A stretch of 64,000 nucleotides of DNA from Candidatus Poseidoniales archaeon (GTDB lineage: Archaea; Thermoplasmatota; Poseidoniia; Poseidoniales; Poseidoniaceae). Made by a program: the position numbers and the translations under genes. The stretch covers positions 4,152-68,151 of the forward strand of contig QQSI01000040.1 in NCBI GenBank assembly GCA_003602645.1. Direction: 5' to 3'. This document shows, one piece after another, positions 9,303 to 18,484 of the stretch. Position 1 is the first letter of the stretch; every line of letters begins with the position of its first letter. A model generated the notes under the pieces. The model was not told where the DNA came from and did no database searches. It was given only the letters and a program-made list of their open reading frames with translations.

Positions 9303-9752
9303 TCAACCGTGCCAAGAAGCAACGCTCTTTGGCGTTTCCCGAACGTGCATGGCGACCAAACGTAACCTGTTTCCATAGGCTGATTTGATGTGTGGCTCAA
9401 CTTGCTCGAAAGCCCACTTTGCGAGATTTTCTGCAGTCGGAACAAATGGTACCACGACTGTTCTGTGATCTGAGTCCATCATTTCGAGGGCTGCACGGGC
9501 TTGTTGATCGTGCTCGTACACCACAAAGGCATGGTCCACCACATCATGGACATAAACAGTAAGAATTTCACTCACATCTGAGAAATCCATCAACATCCCC
9601 TCTTCTGAGACACCATGTTCTTGAACAACATCGCCTTCAATTTCTGCTTCAAAGCGGTAGCGATGGCCGTGCATGTGGCGGCATTTGCTCTTGTGGTTTG
9701 GCACTCGGTGGCCAGTGTCAGTCTCAATGTATCTTCGTATTCGTGTGGTCAT
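9303..9752 (-). CDS. queD: 6-carboxy-5,6,7,8-tetrahydropterin synthase
   Basis: CRHMHGHRYRFEAEIEGD and HGHxY-type motifs of the QueD/PTPS family; ATGA overlap with the upstream queC. Confidence 0.85.
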   Translation of the reverse strand: MTTRIRRYIETDTGHRVPNHKSKCRHMHGHRYRFEAEIEGDVVQEHGVSEEGMLMDFSDVSEILTVYVHDVVDHAFVVYEHDQQARAALEMMDSDHRTVVVPFVPTAENLAKWAFEQVEPHIKSAYGNRLRLVAMHVRETPKSVASWHG

Positions 9753-10903
9753 TGTTCCAACTCCTCAAACTCTAACGAGGCTGAATTGATACAGTATCTC
9801 ATTCCGCCGTGTTCTCTTGGTCCATCGTTGAAAATATGTCCAAGATGTGCGTCGCATTGAGAACATCGAACTTCTGTTCGAATCATGCCATGCGTGCGAT
9901 CTTCAATCTGATGAATGGACGCCCTTGCATGCTCACTATGGAAGGATGGCCATCCGCAACCTGAATCAAATTTCATGGCTGATGTGAACAGGTGATGACC
10001 GCAACAAATGCAATTGTAGTTTCCACTTCTTTTCTCATTCCAATACGCGCCTGTAAACGCCCTTTCAGTGCCACTTTCTCTCGTGACATGGTATTGCAAT
10101 TGAGTTAATTTTTCCTTGTAGTATGCATCTTTGTGCTTTTGTTCTGTTTCTAAAGCAGCAGCCAAAACAATCTCCCACGGTTCAATGTATTCAATTGGAT
10201 CCACCAAATCAAGTGCGTTAAAGGCAAGAATTCGCTCCACGTCAGAACCGCTTCGCCCTGAACTTCTGCCATCCTGATCGGGGTTGTACGATGTGATGGT
10301 GTTTTCAAAAACTCGGTCGAAATTTAAACCAATTTTGTCACATGAAGCCAAAGCGTCTTTCAAAATGGTCACTTTATCGCCGTCGATGTATGGTAAGTGG
10401 AAGGATACGGTATGGCTGTCCCAGTTTCCAACTGCAAAAGCGTGTTCAAGGGCATGATAAAATTCTGGACGGCAATCGGGGTAGATGGCATGATCGCCTG
10501 AATGCACTCCTAAGGCAATTTCGACATTCGCCTTTTCTCGCTTGGCCACTGAAAGGGCGTATCCGTAGAGAATTGATGCAAAAATAGCGTTTCTATTTGG
10601 AACGACAGTGGATTTCATTTGTTCTTCTTCGTAGTGGCCTTCAGGAACCTTGATGCCTTCATTGATCAAGGACGATTCGAACAAGGTCATCGCTGAAGTT
10701 AAATCGACAATGTGGTGTTCAACGTAGAATCCTTTGTCCTGCAAGTATGCAATGTTGTTTGATGCTCTGGTCAACTCAACGCTGTGCTTTTGGCCGTAAT
10801 TATAGGAAATACAGCTTACATTTTTCCCCTCAGCCAAGGCGTTCAAGAGCAAAGAAGTAGAGTCCATCCCACCTGAAAGTGCCATGACAGTATGCTCAGC
10901 CAT
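9749..10903 (-). CDS. queC: Fusion protein: 7-cyano-7-deazaguanine synthase (QueC) N-terminal domain + methionine-R-sulfoxide reductase (MsrB) C-terminal domain
   Basis: N-terminal ALSGGMDSTSLL, VPNRNAIFASILYGYA and YPDCRPEF are QueC signatures; C-terminal NCICCGHHLFTSAMKFDSGCGWPSF...HGMIRTEVRCSQCDAHLGHIFNDGP...RYCINSASL is a full MsrB/SelR domain with its CxxC...CxxC zinc site; single uninterrupted ORF; ATG at 10903 overlaps the queE stop. Confidence 0.85.
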   Translation of the reverse strand: MAEHTVMALSGGMDSTSLLLNALAEGKNVSCISYNYGQKHSVELTRASNNIAYLQDKGFYVEHHIVDLTSAMTLFESSLINEGIKVPEGHYEEEQMKSTVVPNRNAIFASILYGYALSVAKREKANVEIALGVHSGDHAIYPDCRPEFYHALEHAFAVGNWDSHTVSFHLPYIDGDKVTILKDALASCDKIGLNFDRVFENTITSYNPDQDGRSSGRSGSDVERILAFNALDLVDPIEYIEPWEIVLAAALETEQKHKDAYYKEKLTQLQYHVTRESGTERAFTGAYWNEKRSGNYNCICCGHHLFTSAMKFDSGCGWPSFHSEHARASIHQIEDRTHGMIRTEVRCSQCDAHLGHIFNDGPREHGGMRYCINSASLEFEELEQ

Positions 10904-11565
10904 CAATCAACACCCATCCATTTGTGTGTTTGGAGGCTTAGGCGCCATTGTGGATTTTCTTTGACCATTGCTTCTGTTTCAGCGAAATTTTTTCCGTTCC
11001 ACTCTACAGATTCTAATTCCATGTAACACGGTTGGAGGAAATGGTGTTTGAACCCTTGTCGCAATTCTTCGTACATCGATAGATCTTGACCTATATACAC
11101 ACACTTCAATTCGTCACCTGTACGTTGACGCAATTTCACTTCTGGATACATTTGATCTTTAGGTGACACACATATCCAATCCAAGAGTCCATCAGGGATT
11201 TCAATGGTTCCATTTGTTTCAACAGATAATGAGTACCCCCTTGCCTTGAGCAAACGATGCAACGGCCAAAGGTTCTGTAACATGGGTTCTCCACCAGTGA
11301 AGATGATTCGCTTACAATCAAACTTTGATAGTTCCCCAAGCAAGTCAATCGCATTCATAGTATTGAATGTTAGAAAATCTGTGTCGCACCATTCGCAACG
11401 GAGGTTACAATTTCCAAAACGAACGAAAACATGAGGAATCCCTGCGTGGTAACCTTCACCTTGAACTGAATGAAACACTTCGACGATTGGATACTCTGCA
11501 GCCAAATCGGTTGGATCATCAACGGGCGTGTCACCGGCACGAACACAGGAGTCGTTAACGGTCAT
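10903..11565 (-). CDS. queE: 7-carboxy-7-deazaguanine synthase (radical SAM)
   Basis: VFHSVQGEGYHAGIPHVFVRFGNCNLRCEWCDTDF matches the QueE CxxxCxxC-variant cluster and surrounding consensus. Confidence 0.85.
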   Translation of the reverse strand: MTVNDSCVRAGDTPVDDPTDLAAEYPIVEVFHSVQGEGYHAGIPHVFVRFGNCNLRCEWCDTDFLTFNTMNAIDLLGELSKFDCKRIIFTGGEPMLQNLWPLHRLLKARGYSLSVETNGTIEIPDGLLDWICVSPKDQMYPEVKLRQRTGDELKCVYIGQDLSMYEELRQGFKHHFLQPCYMELESVEWNGKNFAETEAMVKENPQWRLSLQTHKWMGVD

Positions 11566-11574
11566 ATTCTCACC

Positions 11575-12144
11575 TCAAAGTGGACGTGAATGAATCAATT
11601 GCATGAGTTCTTGCCTTGCTTCTGGTCGTTCAAAAAACACCCCTCGCATGGCCGATGTGGTCATGATTGAATTTTGCTTTTTGACCCCTCTGCATCGCAT
11701 ACATCCATGCTTCGCTTCAATAATGACGGCAGCACCCAACGGTGCTAGATGAGATTCTAAATCATCAGCAACGCCCTTCGTGATACGTTCCTGATTTTGC
11801 AAGCGTTGAGCATGGAGGTCCACAATCCGTGCTAATTTACTGATCCCCACAATCCGCTCAACTGGGATGTACGCAACGTGAGCACGCCCAGTGAATGGCT
11901 GCAGGTGATGCTCACAAGTGGAATGAAATTCAATATCCCTCAGAAGAACAATTCCATCGTAACCCTCTCCATTGAAGGTTGAATCAAGAAGTTCAGCGGC
12001 ATCCATTTGGTAACCACCAAAAATTTCATCCCATGAATCAATCACGCGTTTTGGTGTTTTTGCTAGCCCTTCACGATTTGGTTCAGGTTCAAGGTAGCCA
12101 AGGAGGGTATGCACTGCCTGTTCTGCTTCGTCTCGTGTCACCAT
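11575..12144 (-). CDS. folE: GTP cyclohydrolase I (FolE type)
   Basis: GIVLLRDIEFHSTCEHHLQPFTGRAHVAYIP...IVGISKLARIVDLHAQRLQNQERIT matches FolE active-site region (CEHH, zinc-binding Cys/His); ATG at 12144 (track start 12150 is TTG). Confidence 0.85.
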   Translation of the reverse strand: MVTRDEAEQAVHTLLGYLEPEPNREGLAKTPKRVIDSWDEIFGGYQMDAAELLDSTFNGEGYDGIVLLRDIEFHSTCEHHLQPFTGRAHVAYIPVERIVGISKLARIVDLHAQRLQNQERITKGVADDLESHLAPLGAAVIIEAKHGCMRCRGVKKQNSIMTTSAMRGVFFERPEARQELMQLIHSRPL

Positions 12145-12146
12145 CG

Positions 12147-12317
12147 TCAATCGCCTCCACGCCCATGCCTTGCGTCAATCTCATCCAGTTGGTCTAGCAA
12201 TTTTCTGCACGCCGTTCGAACTGCATCGGCAAGACTGACAAATTTGTGCTCGTCTCCGACATGCTTACGGAGATCTTCAACGAGCTCAGCAGGCATGTCC
12301 AGGGAGATTTTGGGCAT
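12147..12317 (-). CDS. Ribbon-helix-helix (CopG-like) small DNA-binding protein
   Basis: MPKISLDMPAELVEDLRKHVGDEHKFVSLADAVRTACRKLL has the RHH beta-strand/helix pattern; stop lies 2 nt before the folE ATG (operon head). Confidence 0.5.
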   Translation of the reverse strand: MPKISLDMPAELVEDLRKHVGDEHKFVSLADAVRTACRKLLDQLDEIDARHGRGGD

Positions 12318-12464
12318 AGTTAACGCACCCGATGGTCCCATATAAGTATTCTCTGAGTATTACCAGAAGAATACATTGGCCCCTGTTGTTGGTGTTCGTT
12401 TTCGTCAGATTTCATTCAATGTTAAGCCAATGTTCAAGGCATCCCGTGGCCGACACGGTCACTG

Positions 12465-13973
12465 ATGACAGTCATGCTATCACCGCATCAGGCCCTCGAA
12501 CACCTTCATGCATTGCGTTCAAAGACTGGAACGATGGACACCGTCGGACTTCCTGACGACGTGATTGACCGCTTTTGCGCACTGGATCCTAAACTCGTCA
12601 AAGCCATCCATGAAGCAAGCATCCGATTTCAAGAAATAGAATCTGAATTTGGCTCGGAGATGTTGCAACGAGACGAAGCGGATCTCGTCGGGGTCCTTCA
12701 ACACGATTTTGTAAATTTTTATGCACCAGCAACCGTCAATCCATACATTGCCCTTTCGGGCCGAGGTCCATGGATTGTCACCGCCTATGGAGCAGTTCTT
12801 CATGACAATGGGGGCTATGGCATGCTTGGTGCCGGTCATGGTCCTGAAGAAGTCATTGATGCAATGTCTGGAAACTGGGTCATGGCCAATGTCATGACGC
12901 CTTCTTTCAGTCAAAAGCGACTTGCTGAGCGATTGGAGCGAGAACTTGGTCACACTCGTGGCTCTTGCCCATTCACCCGATTTATTTGCATGAACAGTGG
13001 TTCTGAATCGGTCACGGTGAGCCTCAGAATTGCCGATGTGAATGCTCGAAGGCATACGGGTCCAGGTGGGCGACACGAAGGGAAGGAAATCAAATTGCTC
13101 GCCATTGAGAAAGCCTTCCATGGGCGCACAGACAGACCTGCACAGATTTCTCACTCTTGCAAAGGATCCTATGACAAAAATTTAGCAACATTCAGAGACC
13201 GGGATAACCTCCTGCTCGTTCCAGCAAATGACATCGCCTCACTCGAAGCGATGTTTAAGCGCGCCGAAGAAGAAAACTGGTTCATTGAATTAATGGCCAT
13301 TGAACCAGTACAGGGAGAAGGAAACCCAGGGGCATGTGTCCAGCGTGATTTCTATGACGCTGCACGTAGGCTCACATTAGAACACGGATCGATGCTTTTG
13401 GTTGATTCGATTCAGGCGGGAATTAGGGGCCAAGGTTGCCTTTCGATCATTGATTATGATGGATTCCAAGACGCCGAAGTGCCAGATTTGGAAACATGGT
13501 CAAAGGCATTAAACGCGGGCCAATATCCCCTTTCCGTGCTTGGTATGAACGACCGTGCTGCTGAAAATTACGTTGTTGGAATTTATGGCAACACGATGAC
13601 GACCAATCCACGAGCTTTGGAAACGGCATGTGCAGTTCTTGACAGCATGACGCCAGAACTTCGTTCTAACATCAAAGATCGAGGCGATGAATTTGTCGCT
13701 AAGTTGAAAATATTGCGAGAAGAGTTCCCTGGTATCATCACGAAAGTACAGGGCACCGGGCTATTGCTCAGTGCTGAATTAGAACCCACTCGATTCCCGG
13801 TTGTGGGGTTCGATGCTGTTGAACCATGGTGCCGTCGACAAGGACTGGGCGTGATTCATGGTGGCGTAAATGCGCTTCGATTTACCCCGCACTTTGGCAT
13901 CACTTCCGAAGAAATTGATTTGATCATCGAAGTGGTTCGGGCTTCATTAATCGAATTTAATCAGCGTTCATGA
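12465..13973 (+). CDS. Class-III (PLP-dependent) aminotransferase with ~90-aa N-terminal extension
   Basis: GSESVTVSLRIA, AIEKAFHGRTDRP (FHGRT), and IEPVQGEGN motifs typical of acetylornithine/omega-aminotransferase family. Confidence 0.8.
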   Translation: MTVMLSPHQALEHLHALRSKTGTMDTVGLPDDVIDRFCALDPKLVKAIHEASIRFQEIESEFGSEMLQRDEADLVGVLQHDFVNFYAPATVNPYIALSGRGPWIVTAYGAVLHDNGGYGMLGAGHGPEEVIDAMSGNWVMANVMTPSFSQKRLAERLERELGHTRGSCPFTRFICMNSGSESVTVSLRIADVNARRHTGPGGRHEGKEIKLLAIEKAFHGRTDRPAQISHSCKGSYDKNLATFRDRDNLLLVPANDIASLEAMFKRAEEENWFIELMAIEPVQGEGNPGACVQRDFYDAARRLTLEHGSMLLVDSIQAGIRGQGCLSIIDYDGFQDAEVPDLETWSKALNAGQYPLSVLGMNDRAAENYVVGIYGNTMTTNPRALETACAVLDSMTPELRSNIKDRGDEFVAKLKILREEFPGIITKVQGTGLLLSAELEPTRFPVVGFDAVEPWCRRQGLGVIHGGVNALRFTPHFGITSEEIDLIIEVVRASLIEFNQRS

Positions 13974-15188
13974 CAAACTCGTCACAATGTCCTCTCGGCT
14001 GAATTGCCGGCTGGCATAATAAGCTGCAAGTCCGGCGTATACAATGCTCGATAGGGCCCACACAAAGATGTGCTCAGGGATGACTCTGTTCATCAACAAC
14101 TCGCGCAAAGCCAACAAAATGTTGACGACAGGAACCGCGAACCAATATGATTCGATTCCATCGAGATTGATAACTTGGGTAAATAAGGCTGGGAAGACAA
14201 TTAACAAAAGCATAGGAGCGAGAATAGACCCTGCCTCTTTTACACTGTGAGAACGCATTGCTAAAGCCAGTTCAATGGCGACTACCATGATGGCAAATAG
14301 GAGAATTGCTCCAACGATCAGTGCCACGGTTGTGATCGACAGTTCCGGAAGCCCTATCACACTCGAAGAAGCGAGGTAGCCGATCGCAAAGAGTAGGCCA
14401 AAAATTTGTAAGATCACGCCCACTCCTGTAATGGTGGCAACAGCAACCCATTTTCCGAGAAGCAATTCAAGACGAGTACATGGCAAGCAGAGAAGCGCCT
14501 CTAGGGTTCCACGTTCTCGCTCTCCAGCCGTCATATCGATGGAAGGTTGTAGTGCGCTTGAATAGGTCCAAATTGCTAGGACTAGGGGTATGAACAACGA
14601 CAATACCATGCCCGCTTGTTCTCCACTGGTGGCTACATCACTCTGCGTGACATCACCATCCCAACGGAGGGGATTGAGCGTTGAGTTGACGTCCATACCT
14701 GAATCCGAAATTCGGCGTTCCACCTCCTCTTCCTCCCATGTGTTCAATGCATCCAACAAACGATTCCATGCCTCATTGGAACGTTCGGACGTCGATAATC
14801 GCAAAATTGCATAATCCCAAGTTGAATTGACCTTCTCGACGCGCAAGATCGCATCAACCGAACCATTCCGCACCCTTTCCAAATCATTTCCAGGTTCGGA
14901 GAGTTGAGATTGATGTTCTAGCGACTCCTTCACGACCTCAATTCCTGCACCAATAATGGCCTGCTCCATTGATTCTTCGAACGAATTAGATTGGACAATT
15001 ACTGTGAGTTCGAGTGCGTCCAATTCTGCTGCTTCAGATTCCAGTAAGATTGGGAATAAGATGAATAAAAGTGGAAACATCAACAGCGGAATGACAATGA
15101 TTGCCATAATGGTACGCCAGTCCCGAACAAATTCAACCACTTCCTTCTTTGCGATTGCCCGAATCCTATGGGTCGAAAATTTACTCAC
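13968..15188 (-). CDS. ABC-2 type transporter permease (multi-TM with large extracytoplasmic loop)
   Basis: N-terminal IRAIAKKEVVEFVRDWRTI typical of ABC-2 permeases, 6 TM segments, large loop after TM1; proposed GTG start at 15188 is 2 nt after the ATPase stop (track ORF to 15305 would overlap the ATPase by 125 nt); start uncertain. Confidence 0.7.
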   Translation of the reverse strand: MSKFSTHRIRAIAKKEVVEFVRDWRTIMAIIVIPLLMFPLLFILFPILLESEAAELDALELTVIVQSNSFEESMEQAIIGAGIEVVKESLEHQSQLSEPGNDLERVRNGSVDAILRVEKVNSTWDYAILRLSTSERSNEAWNRLLDALNTWEEEEVERRISDSGMDVNSTLNPLRWDGDVTQSDVATSGEQAGMVLSLFIPLVLAIWTYSSALQPSIDMTAGERERGTLEALLCLPCTRLELLLGKWVAVATITGVGVILQIFGLLFAIGYLASSSVIGLPELSITTVALIVGAILLFAIMVVAIELALAMRSHSVKEAGSILAPMLLLIVFPALFTQVINLDGIESYWFAVPVVNILLALRELLMNRVIPEHIFVWALSSIVYAGLAAYYASRQFSREDIVTSLS

Positions 15189-16014
15189 TTTCCCTGACCT
15201 CCTTCGTTTCAAGCATCGGTGGTTTCGGCGTGAAGAACCGCCTCCACCAACCGGTAAAACGCCCCTCACCTTCATTGTCTTCTTGTCTTGGTCGAGCCGC
15301 ATCATTTGTTAAAGCAACATAGGCTTCCTCTAACGATGTTGTTTGAGTTTGCTCAAGGAGGAGCTCGGGAGCCCCATCGGCACGAATATCGCCATTGTGG
15401 ACGATGACAATGCGATCGCACACTTGTTGCGCCTCTGAAAGTTGATGGGTCGAGTAAATGACGGTGCCTCCCTCTCGTTTCAGTTGGTCGACCAGCCGCC
15501 TCACGGTTCGGGCACTTGTGATGTCCAATCCTGCTGTTGGTTCATCCAACAAGAGGATGGAAGGTCCGTGGGCTAAAGCCCTGAGCAGGGCCGTTTTTTG
15601 GCGCATGCCACGGCTGAATCCTTTTGTATGACGCCCAAGAGATTCAACCATGTCAAGGTGCTGTGCAAACTTCGCGGTCCTTGCCCAAGCATCCTCATCC
15701 GAAACGCCGTGCATTCGTGAATGATAGCGGATGTTTTCCCAAGCAGTGAGCCTCGAATACAGTCCGGTGGATTCGGGGACAACGCCGAGCACTTGGCGCA
15801 TGTCACTCACAGGTTTTCCATCGGCAAGGAGAACTTTTCCTGATGTAGGTGTGTACACGCCAGCCATGAGGCGTAGGAGGGTGGTTTTTCCAGCGCCGTT
15901 GCTCCCGACCAAACCGATGATTTCGCCCGAATTGATTTTGAGATCAATTTCCGTCAACGCATGTAAATCGCCAAACGATTTGGACACTCGGGTCAATGTT
16001 AGAAGCGGTTGCAT
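15181..16014 (-). CDS. ABC transporter ATP-binding protein
   Basis: Walker A LVGSNGAGKTTLLRLMAG, signature/Walker B LLLDEPTAGLD, H-loop; ATG at 16014. Confidence 0.85.
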   Translation of the reverse strand: MQPLLTLTRVSKSFGDLHALTEIDLKINSGEIIGLVGSNGAGKTTLLRLMAGVYTPTSGKVLLADGKPVSDMRQVLGVVPESTGLYSRLTAWENIRYHSRMHGVSDEDAWARTAKFAQHLDMVESLGRHTKGFSRGMRQKTALLRALAHGPSILLLDEPTAGLDITSARTVRRLVDQLKREGGTVIYSTHQLSEAQQVCDRIVIVHNGDIRADGAPELLLEQTQTTSLEEAYVALTNDAARPRQEDNEGEGRFTGWWRRFFTPKPPMLETKEVRESE

Positions 16015-16026
16015 AACGCCCACATC

Positions 16027-16332
16027 TCATGAAGCACGACCTGATTCCACTGCGGAATCTAGGCCAGGGTGTTTTTCCTCCAAGCGGCAAGCACGGGCGA
16101 GTTGTTGTTTCAATTGACTGAAAATTTCCTTTTGTGGTACACCCATTTCAACGAGGTTTCCTATCATGTTAAACGCACCTTGGATGGCGCCTGCATCGAG
16201 GTAGGCATCGTTGGAAATTTGCCCGGTCTGGCGGAGGACATCCAGTCGGTCTGCAATGAATTGTGCTTCATTTCTGACGCTTGGTCCATCGACATGAGCG
16301 AGAGCCATCAAAGTATCCACGCAGGTTCGCAT
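16027..16332 (-). CDS. Hypothetical 101-aa protein heading the ABC transporter operon
   Basis: ATG start; stop 12 nt before the ABC ATPase ATG; no TM helix or recognisable HTH; function unknown. Confidence 0.45.
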   Translation of the reverse strand: MRTCVDTLMALAHVDGPSVRNEAQFIADRLDVLRQTGQISNDAYLDAGAIQGAFNMIGNLVEMGVPQKEIFSQLKQQLARACRLEEKHPGLDSAVESGRAS

Positions 16333-16391
16333 GGTGATTCACCTGGTACGGATGATTAAGATGGTTTGCCTTTCAAGGCATGAAAAAAGGC

Positions 16392-16832
16392 TCAGTGACT
16401 CGATTCAGTGAGTTCAACCAATACACCGCCAGTGGAATATGGGTGGACAAAAGCAATTCGTTTGCCACCAGCACCTTGCCTCGGCACAGTGTCGATCATT
16501 CGGATGCCATTCTCCACAAGATGAGCAATGAGTCCTTCAAGATCTCCAACTCTGAAACAAATTTGTTGAACGCCCGGCCCACGTTTGTTAAGGAAACGGC
16601 CAATTGGTGTGTCTTCGTGTGTTGGCTCAAGCAGTTCAACCATCGGAGGGTGAGCATCTGAAGTTTGTGAATCGATGGAGGTGGAAAAGAAACGCGTTTT
16701 TACCCCTTGATCAGCAACAACTTCATCCTCCTTGGATTGTGAAAGGCCAATCAATCTCCAAAACGAGGATGCATCATCTAAATTTGATGTAGCAATTCCG
16801 ATGTGATCAATGTGTACAGGTCCAAATCTCAT
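16392..16832 (-). CDS. mce: Methylmalonyl-CoA epimerase (VOC/glyoxalase-fold)
   Basis: HIDHIGIATSNLDDASSFW and GPGVQQICFRVGDLEGLIAHLVENGIRMID...RIAFVHPYSTGGVLVELTE match MCE; immediately downstream of mutase gene. Confidence 0.8.
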   Translation of the reverse strand: MRFGPVHIDHIGIATSNLDDASSFWRLIGLSQSKEDEVVADQGVKTRFFSTSIDSQTSDAHPPMVELLEPTHEDTPIGRFLNKRGPGVQQICFRVGDLEGLIAHLVENGIRMIDTVPRQGAGGKRIAFVHPYSTGGVLVELTESSH

Positions 16833-16841
16833 TTCAACACC

Positions 16842-18443
16842 TCAAAATCCACTTGGTGCCATCCAAGTTCCAAACTCATCTTTCATAGCCTGCATTATCT
16901 CGCCTAATGTGCAACCGGTTTTGACGGCAACAAGAACATGCGGAAATAGATTTTCGCCAACCTTAGCAGCATTCCTGATCGACTGAAGGTTGGCGTTACA
17001 AGCATCTCCATCTCGCTGTTCACGGAGTTTCTGAAGTTTCTTGCATTGGGCCTCCCCTACAGTTGGGTCGAGTTTCAAAACCTCTGGTGCAGATTCTTCT
17101 TCCATTACGCCATGGTTTACCCCCACAATCCGCCTCGATCCAGCTTCTACGTCGTTCAGATGTGCGTAGGCTGCGTTGTGTATTTCCCGTTGTTGCCACC
17201 CTTGCTCGATGGCCTTCATTGCACCACCAAGTGATTCAATTTGCATGATTTGTTCTAATGCCTGATCATGGATTTTTTTGGTCAACTGTTCCACATGGTA
17301 TGAGCCCCCTAATGGGTCGACGACATCTGCGGCACCACTTTCTTCTGCAATGATTTGCTGTGTTCGAAGGGCGACTGTCGCTGATTTTTCAGTGGGCAAC
17401 CCCAACGCTTCATCGTAGGAATTTGTGTGGAGGCTCTGTGTGCCACCGCATACGGCAGCCAATGCTTGGATGGTGACCCGTGCCACATTGTTGAGGGGTT
17501 GTTGAGCGGTGAGACTCACACCCGCGACTTGTGTGTGGAATCGCAACATTGCCGATTTAGGGTTTTTCGGACTGTACCGTTCAGTGATCAACTCGTACCA
17601 AAGGGTCCGTGCTGCCCTAAATTTGGACGCCTCTTCAAAGAAGTCGTTATGGCAATTAAAGAAAAAGGAAAGCCTTGGTCCAAAAGTGTCGATGTCAAGG
17701 CCAGACTCAATGGCTGCGTCTACATATTGCAACGCATTTGCCAACGTAAAAGCAACTTCTTGGACGGCAGTGGATCCTGCCTCTCGAATGTGGTAGCCTG
17801 AAATTGAAATTGTATTCCACTTCGGGACTTTATCTGCACAATACTCGAAGATGTCTGTAATCAAGCGCATGCTTGGTTGTGGGGGGAACACATAGGTGCC
17901 ACGTGCAATGTATTCTTTCAAGATGTCATTTTGAATGGTGCCAAGGACTTCCTCTGAGGGTACACCTTGTTCTTCAGCGACTGCAATGTACATCGCCAAG
18001 AGTACCATTGCTGGAGCATTAATGGTCATGGATGTGCTGACTTTGTCGAGGGGAATCCCATCAAGCAATTCACGCATGTCATCAAGTTGAGAAATGGAAA
18101 CCCCGACCTTTCCTACCTCGCCGTAAGACATCTCATCGTCTGCATCTAAGCCCAATTGAGTGGGCAAATCAAAGGCTACAGAGAGGCCTTTTTGACCCCG
18201 TTCCAGAAGTAGTTTGAATCGTTTATTTGTTGCCGTGGCACTGGAAAAGCCAGCGTATTGTCGCATGGTCCACAACCGTGAACGGTACATTGTGGAATGT
18301 ATACCGCGGGTGTATGGCGGGGCTCCTGCACTCCCGATGTTGGAAGAATCTATGCCCTGCTGCCTCAACGTATCTTGGCTGCTTTGAAGTGGTAGATCCA
18401 ATCCACTCAGGGTCTTCCACTCGTCCTTTCTTTGAGTGACCAT
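16842..18443 (-). CDS. mcmA: Methylmalonyl-CoA mutase, large (catalytic) subunit, archaeal split form
   Basis: AGFSSATATNKRFKLLLERGQKGLSVAFDLPTQLGLDADD and extensive MCM catalytic-domain similarity; no B12-binding domain in this ORF (split-type). Confidence 0.9.
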   Translation of the reverse strand: MVTQRKDEWKTLSGLDLPLQSSQDTLRQQGIDSSNIGSAGAPPYTRGIHSTMYRSRLWTMRQYAGFSSATATNKRFKLLLERGQKGLSVAFDLPTQLGLDADDEMSYGEVGKVGVSISQLDDMRELLDGIPLDKVSTSMTINAPAMVLLAMYIAVAEEQGVPSEEVLGTIQNDILKEYIARGTYVFPPQPSMRLITDIFEYCADKVPKWNTISISGYHIREAGSTAVQEVAFTLANALQYVDAAIESGLDIDTFGPRLSFFFNCHNDFFEEASKFRAARTLWYELITERYSPKNPKSAMLRFHTQVAGVSLTAQQPLNNVARVTIQALAAVCGGTQSLHTNSYDEALGLPTEKSATVALRTQQIIAEESGAADVVDPLGGSYHVEQLTKKIHDQALEQIMQIESLGGAMKAIEQGWQQREIHNAAYAHLNDVEAGSRRIVGVNHGVMEEESAPEVLKLDPTVGEAQCKKLQKLREQRDGDACNANLQSIRNAAKVGENLFPHVLVAVKTGCTLGEIMQAMKDEFGTWMAPSGF

Positions 18444-18484
18444 GCACCGCCCAGTACGGCCGGCTTCATCAACACTCGCTTGAA

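Noticed and set aside
12519-13154. 211-aa minus-strand ORF inside the aminotransferase gene
   Set aside because: Antisense to a well-supported class-III aminotransferase; no motifs; typical long antisense open frame at this GC content.
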